DNA from: Callorhinchus milii
Lineage: Eukaryota
Reading direction: 5' to 3'
NCBI RefSeq assembly: GCF_018977255.1
Contig: NW_024704743.1
Coordinates: 13,456,001 to 13,520,000, forward strand
Length of the DNA: 64,000 bases
A model generated the notes under the pieces. That model made no database searches and had not been told where the DNA came from. It saw nothing but the letters and a program-made list of their open reading frames with translations. Positions 52,227-64,000 of this stretch are shown one piece after another. Within the stretch, counting starts at the first letter, position 1. Each line of letters opens with the position of its first letter. A program made the translations under genes and the position numbers.

Positions 52227-52744
52227 GCAAAGCTGCTTATCTGATGCCCTCTGTGCTGAAAATGCCAAGTCCGCCCTCACACGGAAACTGCAGCGAATGA
52301 GCAGTCTGAGAGCAAACAATAACATGAGCCCCGAAATGAGAGCAGCTCACACTGACCGACCGACCGACCGACTGACCGAGTGTCCAGGCATTGTCTGCTG
52401 TGTGTTGGGAGTGTGTGTGTGTGTGTGTGTGTGGCTCATTAGAGGGGGTGAAGGGGTTGAGGAGGGGTTAGAAGAACAAAGTGCAATATTTGCTTTGCAG
52501 CCCCTACATGAATCGACAGCAATTTTTTTAAAAAAAAACCTTTGCTGTTACAGAGACAGACGCTCTCTCTCTCTCCCACACACACACACACACACATATT
52601 CTGCAAAGAATCAGGTTGAAGGCAAAGGCAGAGGCAATGTGGGAGTACAGTGCTTCTCCAGGTCCGCCTGGTCCCTGTTGGCAGCTGTTTGAGTGAAACA
52701 AGCGACTTGATCCAAGTAAAGTGACACGAACCTGAGCACTGTCA

Positions 52745-52877
52745 CACACCTACAGCTTCCCCCCCTCCCAGGGCACTCACCTACAGCTCCCCCCCCCCCT
52801 CCCCCTCCCCTCCTCCCAGGGCACTCACCTACAGCTCCCCCTCCCCTCCCCTCCTCCCAGGGCACTCACCTACAGCT

Positions 52878-52908
<31 letters not shown>

Positions 52909-53582
52909 CAGGGCACTCACCTACAGCTCCCCCCCCCTCCCCCCTCCCTCCCCCCCCCCTCCCAGGGCACTCACCTACAGCTCCACCCCCCCCCCCTCCC
53001 AGGGCACTCACCTACAGCTCCCACCCCCCCCCCGCCCCCCCTCCCAGGGCACTCACCTACAGCTCCCCCCCCTCCCCTCCCCCTCCCAGGGCACTCACCT
53101 ACAGCTCCCCCCCCCTCCCCTCCCCCCTCCCAGGGCACTCACCTACAGCTCCAACCCCCCCCCCCCCCTCCCAGGGCACTCACCTACAGCTCCCCCCCCC
53201 TCCCCTCCCAGGGCACTCACCTACAGCTCCCCCCCCCCTCCCCTCCCAGGGCACTCACCTACAGCTCCCCCCCCCTCCCCTCCCAGGGCACTCACCTACA
53301 GCTCCCCCCCCCCCCTCCCAGGGCACTCACCTACAGCCCCCCCCCTCCCAGGGCACTCACCTACAGCTCCCCCCCCCCCCCCCTCCCAGGGCACTCACCT
53401 ACAGCTCCCCCCCCCCCTCCCAGGGCACTCACCTACAGCTCCCCCCCCCCCTCCCAGGGCACTCACCTACAGCTCCCCCCTCCCCTCCCAGGGCACTCAC
53501 CTACAGCTCCCCCCCCCTCTCCCAGGGCACTCACCTACAGCTCCCCCCCCCCCCCCCCCCCCTCCCCTCCCAGGGCACTCAC
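52745..53582 (-). repeat. Minisatellite containing the GFOD1 5' splice site
   Basis: Unit CTCCCAGGGCACTCACCTACAGCT(C)n; 20 copies besides the true donor. Confidence 0.97.
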
Positions 53583-53835
53583 CCAGGGTCTTGACAGCGA
53601 TCTGGCGGGTCAGGGGAGGCGGCAGATTGATGCAAACCACATCCACGTCCTGGTGCAGTAAGACATCGTCGATCCTGTTGGTGTAGAAGGGCACATCCAT
53701 CTCCTTGGCCAGTTCCTCGGCTTCCTCCGGGGTCCTCCCCCACAGAGCCTTCACCGTGAAGCCTTCACCCTTCAGCAACGGCACTATCACCCTGGTGGTC
53801 AAGCTGGTGCCGAACACACCGACTCCAGGTAGCAT
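53583..53835 (-). CDS. GFOD1: GFOD1 coding exon 1 (NAD(P)-binding Rossmann N-terminus)
   Basis: ATG at 53835. Translates [22 protein letters not shown]...[12 protein letters not shown]+G, then donor G|GTGAGT. 253+920 nt = 390 aa + stop, with matching phase. Confidence 0.96.
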
Positions 53836-53854
53836 GGTCACTGAGAAACCCTCT

Positions 53855-54378
53855 GCCCTCCCCTCCTCCCCTCCCCTCCTCCTCTCCCTCCCCTCCTCTC
53901 CCTCCCTCCCCTCCCCTCCTCCTCTCCTCCCCTCCCCTCCTCCTCTCCCCTCCTCTTCCCTCCCCTCCCCCTCCCCCTCCCTCCCCTCCTCTCCCCTCCC
54001 CTCCTCCTCTCCCCTCCTCTCCCTCCCCTCCCTCCTCCTCTCCCCTCCTCTCCCCTCCCCTCCCCTCCTCCTCTCCCCTCCTCTCCCCTCCCCTCCTCCT
54101 CTCCTCTCTCAGCACCTGGTCTCCCCTTCCTCCTCTCCCAGCACCTCCCCTCTTCTCCCCTCCCCTCCCCTCCCTCCTCCCCTCCCTCCTCTCCCAGCAC
54201 CTGTCTCCTCTCCCCTCCCTTCCCCTCCTCTCCCAGCACCTGGTCTCCCTCCTCTCCTCCCCTCCTTCCCCTCTCCTCCTCCCCTCCTCTCCCTCCCCTC
54301 CTCCCCTCCTCTCCTCCCCTCCTCCCTTCCTCTCCCTCCCTCCTCTCCCTCCTCTCCCCTCCCCTCCCAGCACCTGGT
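53855..54378. repeat. Polypyrimidine/polypurine (CCT/CCCCT)n tract with interspersed CAGCACCT units
   Basis: Direct inspection. Confidence 0.95.
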
Positions 54379-54732
54379 GTGCACCGCGGTGGCAGCTCTC
54401 ACATTGAAAGAAGCGAAGCGATCAGTCAGCCTCAGCCTCAGCCCCTCTGTGGGTGCATCGCCTTTTCTCCCATCTCATGATGTCTCCCCCTCCCTCTCTC
54501 CCCGATTCTCCCCTCCTCTCTCTCTCTCTCTCCCCCCTCTCCCCCTCTCAGTTTGGATTTTCCTGACCCTCCCTCCGTCACACTTTTTTGGGGGGGTCAC
54601 AAATAAAAGAATATAATGCAGAACAACGTGTAGCCGAGACAGGGGATTGCAGCTCTGACAACAGGTTGCGGCGGTCCAGCGCTCTGTGCAGAGCGATGAT
54701 GGATGGAATGGAGGACTTCGCCTGACTGCCGC

Positions 54733-54985
54733 TTCCCTGCCCTCCCTTCCCTGCCCTGCCTCCTGCCTTCCCTGCCCTGCCTCCTGCCTTCCCTGCCTTC
54801 CCTCCCTGCCCTCCCTTCCCTCCCTGCCTCCCCTCCCTGCCTTCCCTCCCCTGCCTTCCCTGCCTCCTGCCTTCCCTGCCCTGCCTCCTGCCTTCCCTTC
54901 CCTGCCTTCCCAGCCCTGCCTTCCCTTCCCTGCCTTCCCAGCCCTGCCTTCCCTTCCCTGTCTTCCCAGCCCTGCCTTCCCTCGA
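54733..54985. repeat. (CCCTG/CCTT)n low-complexity repeat
   Basis: Direct inspection. Confidence 0.9.
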
Positions 54986-55288
54986 CTGTCCTCCCTGTCT
55001 GTCTGTCTCGCCACCACCTTCTCTCCTTCCTGCAGCTCCCTCCCTCCCTCCCTCCTGATCACATCTCTCGGGCCCTGCCAGCGACCTGCTGATTGCTACT
55101 GCGGCTGAACTGAGGGGTGTGTGTGTGTGGTGTGTGTGTGTGTGGTGTGTGTGTGGGGGGGGGGGGGGGGGGAGGAGGTGAGACAGACAGACAGACAGAG
55201 AGAGAGAGAGAGAGAGAGAGAAGCTGCTTTGCAAAGACGAGGAAGAGAAACCAATAAAATAAGAGGATGTAAGTGTGAGATCGCGGAA

Positions 55289-55985
55289 GCCGGAGCCGGG
55301 GCCGGAGCCGGGGGGCCGGAGCCGGGGGGCCAGGGGGCCAGGGGGCAGGGCCAGGGGGCCGGAACCAGGGGGCCGGAGCCAGGGGCCAGGGGGCCGGGGC
55401 CAGGGCCAGGGGGCCGGAGCCGGGGCCGGGGGCCAGGGGGCAGGGCCGGGGGGCCAGGGGGCAGGGCCAGGGGGCCAGGGGGTCAGGGGGGCCGGAGCCA
55501 GGGGGCCGGAGCCAGGGGGCCAGGGGGCCGGGCCGGGGGGCCGGGGCCGGGGGGCCAGAGCCGGGGCCAGGGGGCCGGGCCGGGGGGCAGGGCCAGGGGG
55601 CCAGGGCCGGGGGGCCAGAGCCGGGGCCAGGGGGCCAGGGGGCAGGGCCGGGGGGCCAGAGCCGGGGCCAGGGGCCAGGGCCGGGGGGCCAGGGCCGGGG
55701 CCGGGGGCAGGGCCGGGGGGCCAGAGCCGGGGCCAGGGGGCCGGGGCAGGGGGGCCAGGGGGCAGGGCCGGGGGGCCAGAGGCCGGGGCCGGGGCCAGGG
55801 GGCCGGAGGCAGGGGGGCCAGGGGGGCAGGGCCGGGGGGCCAGGGGGCAGGGCCAGGGGCCAGGGGGCAGGGCCGGGGGGCCAGAGGGCCAGGGCCGGGG
55901 GGCCGGGGGCCAGGGGGCAGGGCCAGGGGGCCAGGGGGCAGGGCCAGGGGGCCGGGGGGCCAGGGGCCAGGGGGCCAGGGCCAGG
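55289..55985 (+). repeat. G-rich GGGGCC(A/G)-like tandem repeat
   Basis: ~700 bp almost free of T, built of GGGGGCCA, GGGGCC and GCCGGAGCC units. Confidence 0.95.
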
Positions 55986-56766
55986 CAGCAGCTGCAGAGC
56001 TGCGGTTCAGTCTGATATCTGCCTTCTGCTGTTGCAGAAACTGCCCTCTAACCAACATGTCATGTCGCCTCTCCCTTCTCCTCCCGCCGCAAGATTTACA
56101 CATCTCGGCCTCTCTCTCCCCCTCTCTCTCTCTCGGCTTTAGTTTGCAAAAGAACCAATGGAGGTCCGAAGCTCTCTGTCTGCTCAGCAGCTGCGAATGG
56201 TTGAAGGGTAACTGAGCAGTCAACAGAGAGGACAACAGCACCCAACACATTGGACACAGGCATCCACAATACACACACACACACACACACACACAGACTT
56301 ACACCCTCACACACACACACACACACACAGACCAATGCTGATACAATTGAATGCACACACACACACACACACATGCAACCTGGGTGTCAGCCTGGCTCCG
56401 GGTTGCAGCGCTTCTGGGTTCGCTCATGGGGACTTTGAGCTCATATTCCAAGTCGCCCACAAATATATACAGTCAATTCACTTTACAGTGTGTTCTGTGA
56501 AGCGCTTTGGGACATCCTCCCGATGTGGAAAGCGCTATATCAAATGCCAGGATTATTATTATTATTGACACTCCAATCCATCGCCTTGGGACATCCTCCC
56601 GATGTGGAAGGTCTTATACGAATATAATATGTTGTTGGTGGTGGTGGAGTGCTGTGTTATTGGAAGTACTAAGGGTTCTGTGCCTATTCAGGTGGATGCC
56701 TGAATCCCGTGGCACTATTCGAGAAGATAAGGGACTTCCTCCCGGTGCCCTGGCCAACAATCCCCC

Positions 56767-56985
56767 AACAACAACAACAAGATTCCATTTATAAAGCGCC
56801 TTTCACGTCAGGAGGACGTCCCAAGGCGCTGCACAGTTGGGTCATGACCCGAGCAGGGGGGAAATGGTCAGGGGAGGGGAGAGAGCGAGGAGGGGGGAAA
56901 TGGTCAGGGTGAGGGGAGGGAAGGGAGGGAGCGAGGAAGGGGAAGAGAGTCGAGAGGGGAGCTGAAGGCTCGGTCAAAGAGAAGA
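56767..56985 (-). mobile_element. L2 3' end nested in a Deu-type SINE, with a small internal duplication
   Basis: Near-identical to 14664-14845. GGGGGGAAATGGTCAGGG occurs twice. Confidence 0.85.
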
Positions 56986-57569
56986 TAAAATTAGTCATTC
57001 ACTTAATTGTTAGTGGGCCATTGCCACATGCAAATTGGCCGCCATGTTCGCCTAGACATACACAGCTTCTAGGTGAAACTTACAGTAAAATTTCTGTGAA
57101 GTGCTTTGAGATCTTTCAGCAATGTGATATGTTGGTATATCAAATGCAAGGATTATTATACAAACTGACCCGAACACACAAACATTTACAACAATAACTT
57201 GCATTTATTTAGTGCCCTTCAGGCAGGGTCGCCTCCCAGAGCACTTTTACGTGCATAACGATACACTCAAGAGGAATAAACAGACACAGGCACATGCACA
57301 CAGAGGCCATTAACATAGTGGAACACAGACAGACATGTACGCAAACACAGTCACACACAGGTTAGAGTACTCGCCTCGCAAACAAGAGGAACTGGGTTCG
57401 ATTCCCAGGCAGGGCGAAATGTTGGGCAAGTTTCCTTACTCCACACACATCTGTTCACCTAGCAGTAAGTAGGAACCAGGCTGTTAGTTGATTGGCGGAT
57501 TACTTTTCCAAGGTTAATAATTCCTTCAAAATAAATCATAATAATTTGGTCACTTAATCCACAACTGGA

Positions 57570-58200
57570 GTCGAGTGTGGAGACAGAGGGATAGAGTAGG
57601 GTGTCATCCATATTGACCCCATGCCTGCAGATGATGTTACCAAGAGGGAACATATGATATTGAAGAGGAGGGGACCAAGGACAGAGCCCTGAGAAATGCC
57701 ACACGAGATGGTGTGGGGGCTAGAGGAGAAACCGTTTGTGGTGATGTAGTGGAGGCAGTGTAAGAGGTATTATCTGAACCATTCAAAGACAGAACCATGA
57801 AGGTTGAGATGAGAGGAGAAGCGGTGGATGAGGATAGTGTGGTCAACAGTGTTGAAGTCAGCAGAGACGTCAAGGAGGACGAGGCAGAGGGAACCCTGGT
57901 CGCAGATGGACAGAATGTCATTTGTCACTTTGACCAGGGCTGTTTCTGTGCTGTGGGCGGCACAGAAACCCGATTGGAGGGGTTCAAGAAGGGAATGGCG
58001 GGAGAGGAAGGAGCAAAGCTGAGAAGCAACAACTCGTTCCAGGACCTTGGAAAGGAAAAGGAGGTTGGAGATGGGGCAGTAGTTTGAGAGCAGTGTTGTG
58101 TCCAGGGAGTGCTTTTTTAAGAATAGGAGTGATGATGGCTGTTTTTAATGGGGTGGGAATAGTATCAGTGGACAGAGAGAGGTTTATGATGTGTGTGAGT
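57570..58200 (-). mobile_element. L2 RT fragment
   Basis: Homologous to 15610-16250 (PLKTAIITPILKK; LGNIICRHGVN). Confidence 0.85.
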
Positions 58201-59321
58201 AAATAGTTGTAAGTTGTGTGTCTGCATTGAATCAATTGAATTCAATTCTTTGATTGCTAAAATAACATTTTATTTTATTATATTGGGACACTGGACACTG
58301 TTTATTCCATTACTTAGACACTATTCAGTTACTGTTCAGTAATAATAAGGAATTGCATTCACTGCAATGTTATGCTGCATTAAATGGTAGTAACTTAATA
58401 CAGTCATCAATATACTGTCCACTGAATTAGGTACACACACAAGATATGCTGAAGCCCAACCAATGCGGATAACTGGTCAAGTTAGTTCAACTGAATCCAG
58501 ATAAACAGCATTCCTCTATATTTTAAAGATTCCTGGCATGTGACCATATTGTTTATGTTACGTTGCTGTTTGAATGCACATTGTATTAGGGTTCGAAGAA
58601 TTGTAAAACTATTATTTACTACATTTCACAGTAAAATTCCATGAAGTGCTTTGCACTATATCAAGTGCAAGGATTATTATTAGAATTGACAGAATTTCCA
58701 AGCTATATGAGTCAGTCTGAAAGTGTTTCGACGATGAGCAATTGTTTTTAGCTTATTCTATACACTGAATTAGGTTATCACGATGTATTCACATAAAAAA
58801 CACACTGTCACTTTCCAAATACTTCACTTTTGAGGGGGCCTAGAAAGTTTGCCACATGTCCAGCAGTTACGTGGACAAGCAAGTCAGTTAACGTGACAAG
58901 AAAACATGGCAACCCAACTTCACACTTCAAAGAGTTTCACTGTCTTGACTCATGGCTGCCATTTAAAAGTAGGAACCCGGTTGTTAGTCGATTGGTGCTT
59001 TTCTGGGGGTAATAAGCCCTTTAAAAAAAAATAATAACTTGGTCACTCAATCCACGATTATTTGTGGGATACTGCTGGGCGCAATTGGCTGCCATGTTTC
59101 GCCCACAAAATACAGAGTCAATTCACTTTACACTATATCTTGTGAAACACTTTGAGATGTCTCAACGACAGGTAAGGCATTATATCAACTGCATGGATTA
59201 TTATTATTATTAAAACTGAAATGTACTGTTAATGCTGTACAATGCTATTATGCTGTCAGCGCTTTGGGATGTCCTCCCAATGTGAAAGGCGCTCTATAAA
59301 TGTAATTTTGTTGTTGTTGTA

Positions 59322-60542
59322 CAGGGAGCTTGATAATGGTAAGGTAGTGGATGTTGTACATTTGTATTTCAGTAATGGCCTTTGATATAGTTCCTCATAA
59401 AAGGTTGATACTGAAAATGAAGAAAGCGGAATCAGAGGAAGTATCTTGCAATTGATACGTAATTGGTTGACTGATAGAAGCCAGAGGGTGGTGGTACAGG
59501 GAATGTAATGAGTCTGGGAGAACGTTACCAGTGGAGTTTCACAGGGGTCTGTTTTGGGACCTCTTTTATTTAACATCTTCATAAACAACCTGGAGTTAGC
59601 AGTCACAAGCACAGTGGCTAAATTTGCAGATGACACAAAGCTAATGAAGGTGGCAGTCTGCAAAGATGAACAGGATAGAATATAGGAAGACTTGAACATT
59701 CTTGGGAATCGGGCAGATTGATGGCAGATGAAATTTAATATAAAGAAACGCAAAGTATTTCACATGGGGACAAAAAATCCAGGAAAAGACTTTTATTTAA
59801 ATAGTGAGAAAATAATCTGTGCAGCAAATGAAAAGGACCTGGGGATCCTGATTGATAATAAATTGAAGCTATCCCAACATTGCTCGGTAGCAGTGAGTAA
59901 GGCAAACCAGATGCTAGGCTGCATTAAAAGGACATTATTGAGCTGAAATAGTGGGGTAATCCTGCCACTTTATAAATCACTTGTGCGACCGCACTTGGAA
60001 TACTGCATGCAGTTCTGGTCACCACAATACAAAAAGGATATTGCAGCGATTGAGAGGATACAGAGGATAACCAAAATGATTGAGATGGAGGGGCTGGACT
60101 ACGAGGAGCGATTAAATAAACTGGGAATGGAGAAGAGAAGGGGCAATATGATTGAGGTCTTTAAGATTTTGAAGAGAATGGAAAATGTAAACCATGATCA
60201 GCTGTTTAATCTTATACTGGACAGTAGAACCAGAGGATATTGCCTGCGATTGAAGGAGGGTAAATTCAGAACAAATCTGCGGAAACACTACTTCAGTGAG
60301 CGAGTAGTAAATTTATGGAACAGGCTCCCTAGGGAGACAGTGGAAGCAGAAAGTGTTATTTGTTTCAAGAGCAAATTAGATAGATTTCTGCTAGAAAATA
60401 ATATCTCAGGATACAGTATATAGTTTCAGACACAACATGTCAAGCAACTGCCAGGATGCTGGAAGGCGAACTAGATGGTCCTTGATCTAGATGGTCCTTG
60501 GTCCTTGGTTGCCTAGCAAATTCTTATGTCCTTATGTTCTCA
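59322..60542 (+). mobile_element. CR1 LINE of a second family (RT to 3' end)
   Basis: [30 protein letters not shown] and RPHLEYCMQFWSP motifs; (TTCTTATG)-type tail. Confidence 0.9.
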
Positions 60543-62139
60543 TGTCAGCTTGGCTCAGTGGGCAGCACTCTAGTCTATGGGTCAGAAGGTTGAGGTTTCA
60601 AGCCCCACGTCAGGACTTTGAGCTCACAGTCTAGACGGATACTCCAGTGCCGTGCTGGGGGAGTGCTGCATTGTCATAGGTGCTGTCCTTCGGATGAAGA
60701 GTTAAACTAAGGTCTTACTTTCTTTTTCCAGTAAATGAAAGACTACATAACTTCTTTCCTTGTTAGGGTATCCTGCGAGAAAGCCACTCATATTCGGCCT
60801 CATTTCAATGTTATGGCCACTCTAATGTCGTGCATTGATTTCAGATAAGCACTTCTGTAGGACCGAGCATGTTTCAAAACAATTGACATTAAAAAGTGAA
60901 ATTAATAAAGTTCTTACGGTCATCTACCCCTTCCCTTCTCTCCCTTCTCCCTTGGTCACGTCCAACCCAGTCTTTGTGAAGCGCTCTAAGATGTTATCTT
61001 ACGCGAGGGGTGGTATGTAAATGAAGTTGTTATGTTGTGGATAAAGCAAGTTGCATTGTGGAGTGATCCCATTTGTTTTAATGGGTTCAGATGCTTTAAT
61101 GGGAACTGATGTGGAGTTGTCTGCTCTCGGGATATCCAATACTGTGTCGGAATAGTTAAACTCTCACTTGTGAAGTACTGTACTGTGTTTTTCAGGGAGA
61201 TACACCACATGTTCCCTGCGGAAACTCTTATCACTCACTGTTTTACAGCTGGGCTTTGAACTTTGTCGATACCATTTTTTAATGCCAGTTGTTCCTAAAG
61301 AAGTGCTTATCTGAAAACATTGCTCTGGTTCATGGCTCTGTCTATAAATAGAGATTACCTTCAGTTCTAAAATAGGAAGCCAACGGAGATAAAATAAGAG
61401 AGCAGGAAGCAGCAATTAAGTTGGGGTATAATTTCCTCAAAAGAACAATACAAAGGGAGTATGTCATATAGGGAGTATAATAACACCCATTGCGCATCCC
61501 CGGGATTGAGTAGAAAATCATCAACGTCCAGGCTGCCTAAAGTGTCAGTTCTCAATGTAATAGTAACAATAATAGTCCTTGCATTTAATATATCAGGGTG
61601 GTCCAACCTTTTTGTTGCCGCAAACCGGATTCCCTGCCTGAGAAAGGTCCACAGGACCCATTTAAGTAACATTTTGTATTTCGCTTCTATAAACATCACA
61701 GTGCCATTTTCATGCTCAACACTGAGGCTGGGCATCTGAGCTGGGGGTAGGAGCTGAGGGAGGTGGGATGGGGAGGGGAGAAGATGACCAAAAGCGTGGT
61801 CAAAGAGTTAGGTCTTGATGCGCTTTGAAAGAGAGGAGGGAGCGAATCGGAGAGACTCCAGGATGTTACAGAGAGCAGGGGCGAAATTGCAATTGTGGGA
61901 CAGATTAGGTGGGGGGACGTGAAGCAAGCCGGTGTTCTCTGGGCAAAGGGAACAGCCGGGTCGGGTGGTCGCAGAGGTTGGGGTGGGTGGGGGGGAGCAG
62001 CGGGGAGGGGTAGTGAAGGACACAGAAAGATTTTTCACTGGGGAAAGAGGGAGCTCTCTGTGAGGAAACTGTACGTCGCGTATCTCGGTGTTTATCCTCA
62101 GTCCCTCCCCCCGCAGCACTCTGATCACCATGAAACACT

Positions 62140-62762
62140 GCCCTCACTTCTCTCTCCCTCTCTCTCCCTCCATTCTCTCACGCTTTTTATTCTCTCTCTC
62201 CCCCTCTCCCTAATGTTCTCTCTCTCACAAACATTCCCTCTCCTCTCTCTCACGCACGCTCTCGTGCACATTCTCTCCCCTCTCACACACTCTCAATCAC
62301 TCCTTCTCTCGGCTCTCTCCCTATGTTTCTTTTTCTGCCACCTCTCCCTCAATCACTCTCTCTCCCTCAATCACTCTCTCTCAATCTCCCCCCTCTCTCT
62401 CTTTCACTTTCACACACAGACACACTCTCTCGCCCTCTCAATCACCCTCTTCCCCCCTCTCACACTTTCTCTCACTACTCTCTTTCTCCCCTCCCACACT
62501 CTCAATCTCTCTCTACTCTCCACCTCTCAGTCACTATCTCCCCCTCTCTGTCAATCACTCTCTGCCTCCTCTCTCACACAGTCTCCCTCTCTCACTCAAT
62601 CACTGTCTCTCCCCCTCCCAACCATTCTGTTGTCCTCTCTCCCCCCTCTCACAGTCTCTCTCTCTTTCAATCTCTCCATCTCCCCCTTCCGCTTTCTCCC
62701 CCTCTCCCTCTCGCCATTCCCTTTCTCTCAATCCCCCTCCCTCCCTCTCCTCCCTCTCTCCC
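62140..62762. repeat. CT/CA-rich low-complexity tract
   Basis: Direct inspection. Confidence 0.9.
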
Positions 62763-62854
62763 ATGAACGTGTAGTGACTTTAGAGAAAAATGAGGGAAGT
62801 TTGGGGTGACTGTGCATATGAACATATCCTGAAGACAGATGAAACTGACTTTGT

Positions 62855-63077
62855 TCTCTAATCTCCCACTGTTGCCTTCTTTTGGCTTACATCATCAACA
62901 CCTCTGTGATCTCAGCATCTCCTGTCCTCCCATCTATTTTTTTCCTTTTTCTTTCCCCACTCCCTTCTCTGTTTGTCCTTATAATCTGCTCCCTTTCAAC
63001 TTCCCCCAGTTCTGACAAAAGGTGATCGACCTGAAATGTTAACTCACTTTTCTCTCTCCATAGATGCTGTCGACCCA
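62855..63077 (+). mobile_element. Penelope-like terminal remnant
   Basis: Homologous to 42605-42815. Confidence 0.75.
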
Positions 63078-63349
63078 CAACAACAACAAAATTACAATTA
63101 TAGAGCAACTTTCACGTCGAGAGGACGTCCCAAAGTCACTCCCAAAGACTTACTGAATGTTCTCAGCGACTTCCGTATAATACATAAATATAGTTTTCTA
63201 TATTCTAATCCTACATTTACACCTACACCCAGAATCAATATTCCTACCCCTCATCACTCACCTGCATCTTGTGAGCCCTGCCATTCTTATTCCTGCCACT
63301 GAGAATGGGCTCTGAATTCCACTGCTCATCATACAGGATACAATACAGC

Positions 63350-63803
63350 GCAAAATGACATTTGTAAAACGCCTTTCATGTCGGAAGGACATCCCAAGAC
63401 ACTGAACAGTCAGGGGTTAGGACCCGAGTGGCATGTGGGGATTGCGATCAGGGAGGGTGGAGGGCAGAGAGGCTGAAGGCCTGACTGCCGATGGTGGAAC
63501 GGGCCAGGCAGGCATAGAGCAGGCTGGACCCTGCTGAGCGGAGGGAGCGGACAGGTTGATAAGGGGTGAGCAGGTCAGAGAGGTAGGAGGGGGTAAGGCC
63601 GTGGAAGGCCTTGAAGGTGAGGACGAGAATTTTGAATTCTATTCTCTGAGGGATGAGAAGCCAGTGGAGCCGGGCGAGGGTGGGGGTGATGGGGTCACAG
63701 AGCCTGGTGCAGGAGAGGACATGAGCTGCAGAGTTCTGGGTGATCTGCAGCTTGTGGAGGGAAGAGTTGGGAAAGCCGACAAGCAGGATGTTGGCATAGT
63801 CGA
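63350..63803 (-). mobile_element. L2 3' fragment
   Basis: Homologous to 14690-15265. Confidence 0.8.
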
Positions 63804-64000
63804 AGATAAATAATAATAATAATAATAATACTAGAGGATACTGAGATAATAGCCTCAGTTACCAGTCAGAATGAGCACAGCATACAGTGTCACCTTTCCA
63901 TAGTATCAGACAATACAAAAAGCTACCAGCATATAATAATAATAATAATCCTTGCATTTGATATAGCGGCTTATCATGCCATTGAAACACCTCAAAGCGC

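Larger units (their letters stand above)
54370..56230 (-). promoter_or_regulatory. GC-rich 5' leader / promoter region of GFOD1
   Basis: CpG-containing unique islands interleaved with simple repeats directly upstream of the ATG. The TSS cannot be located from sequence. Confidence 0.55.

Noticed and set aside
52780..53550. ZNF143-site array (CTACAGCTCCC in each minisatellite unit)
   Set aside because: The units lack the leading A and the downstream ..ATGC half of the motif, so the resemblance is probably incidental.
52745..53582. CRISPR-like array or recursive splice sites
   Set aside because: The spacers are only C-runs, the context is eukaryotic, and there are no cas genes. The AG|GT units are preceded by G-runs rather than a polypyrimidine tract, so recursive splicing is unlikely.
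53497..53841. ORF-track version of GFOD1 exon 1 (GTG start, read-through)
   Set aside because: The conserved start is the ATG at 53835, and the tail past 53583 is intronic repeat.
53705..56292. Long Pro/Ser/Leu- or Gly/Arg-rich ORFs (collagen-like or EBNA1-like)
   Set aside because: These are translations of simple repeats that lack stop codons by composition and are open on both strands.
61593..61680. hAT-like terminus CAGGGTGGTCCAACCTTT
   Set aside because: I found no matching opposite end or TSD.
61895..62809. 304-aa ORF
   Set aside because: It is an L2 remnant plus a CT-rich low-complexity tract.

Overview
Eukaryotic vertebrate genomic DNA, most likely a cartilaginous fish (inferred from the CR1, L2, Deu-type SINE and Penelope repeat landscape). 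Two complete two-exon protein-coding genes lie on the minus strand. SMIM13 is encoded by 8042-7967 + 776-586 (88 aa). GFOD1 is encoded by 53835-53583 + 26431-25512 (390 aa, ~27-kb intron). The rest is mostly decayed retroelements, simple repeats and two GC-rich promoter regions. Almost all other ORFs in the track are TE-derived or low-complexity artefacts. I found no convincing new multi-gene system. The most unusual items are: (1) a minisatellite holding 20 extra tandem copies of the GFOD1 exon-1 splice donor; (2) the SMIM13-GFOD1 adjacency, which fits an inversion relative to human 6p24; (3) a SINE/L2 shared 3' hairpin with a compensatory base-pair change; (4) hammerhead-ribozyme-like cores in Penelope remnants; (5) a TTAA-flanked piggyBac-like repeat family; (6) a 126-bp inverted repeat in the GFOD1 intron; and (7) a ~700-bp GGGGCC-like tract upstream of GFOD1. 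All alignments were done by eye, and TE boundaries are approximate.
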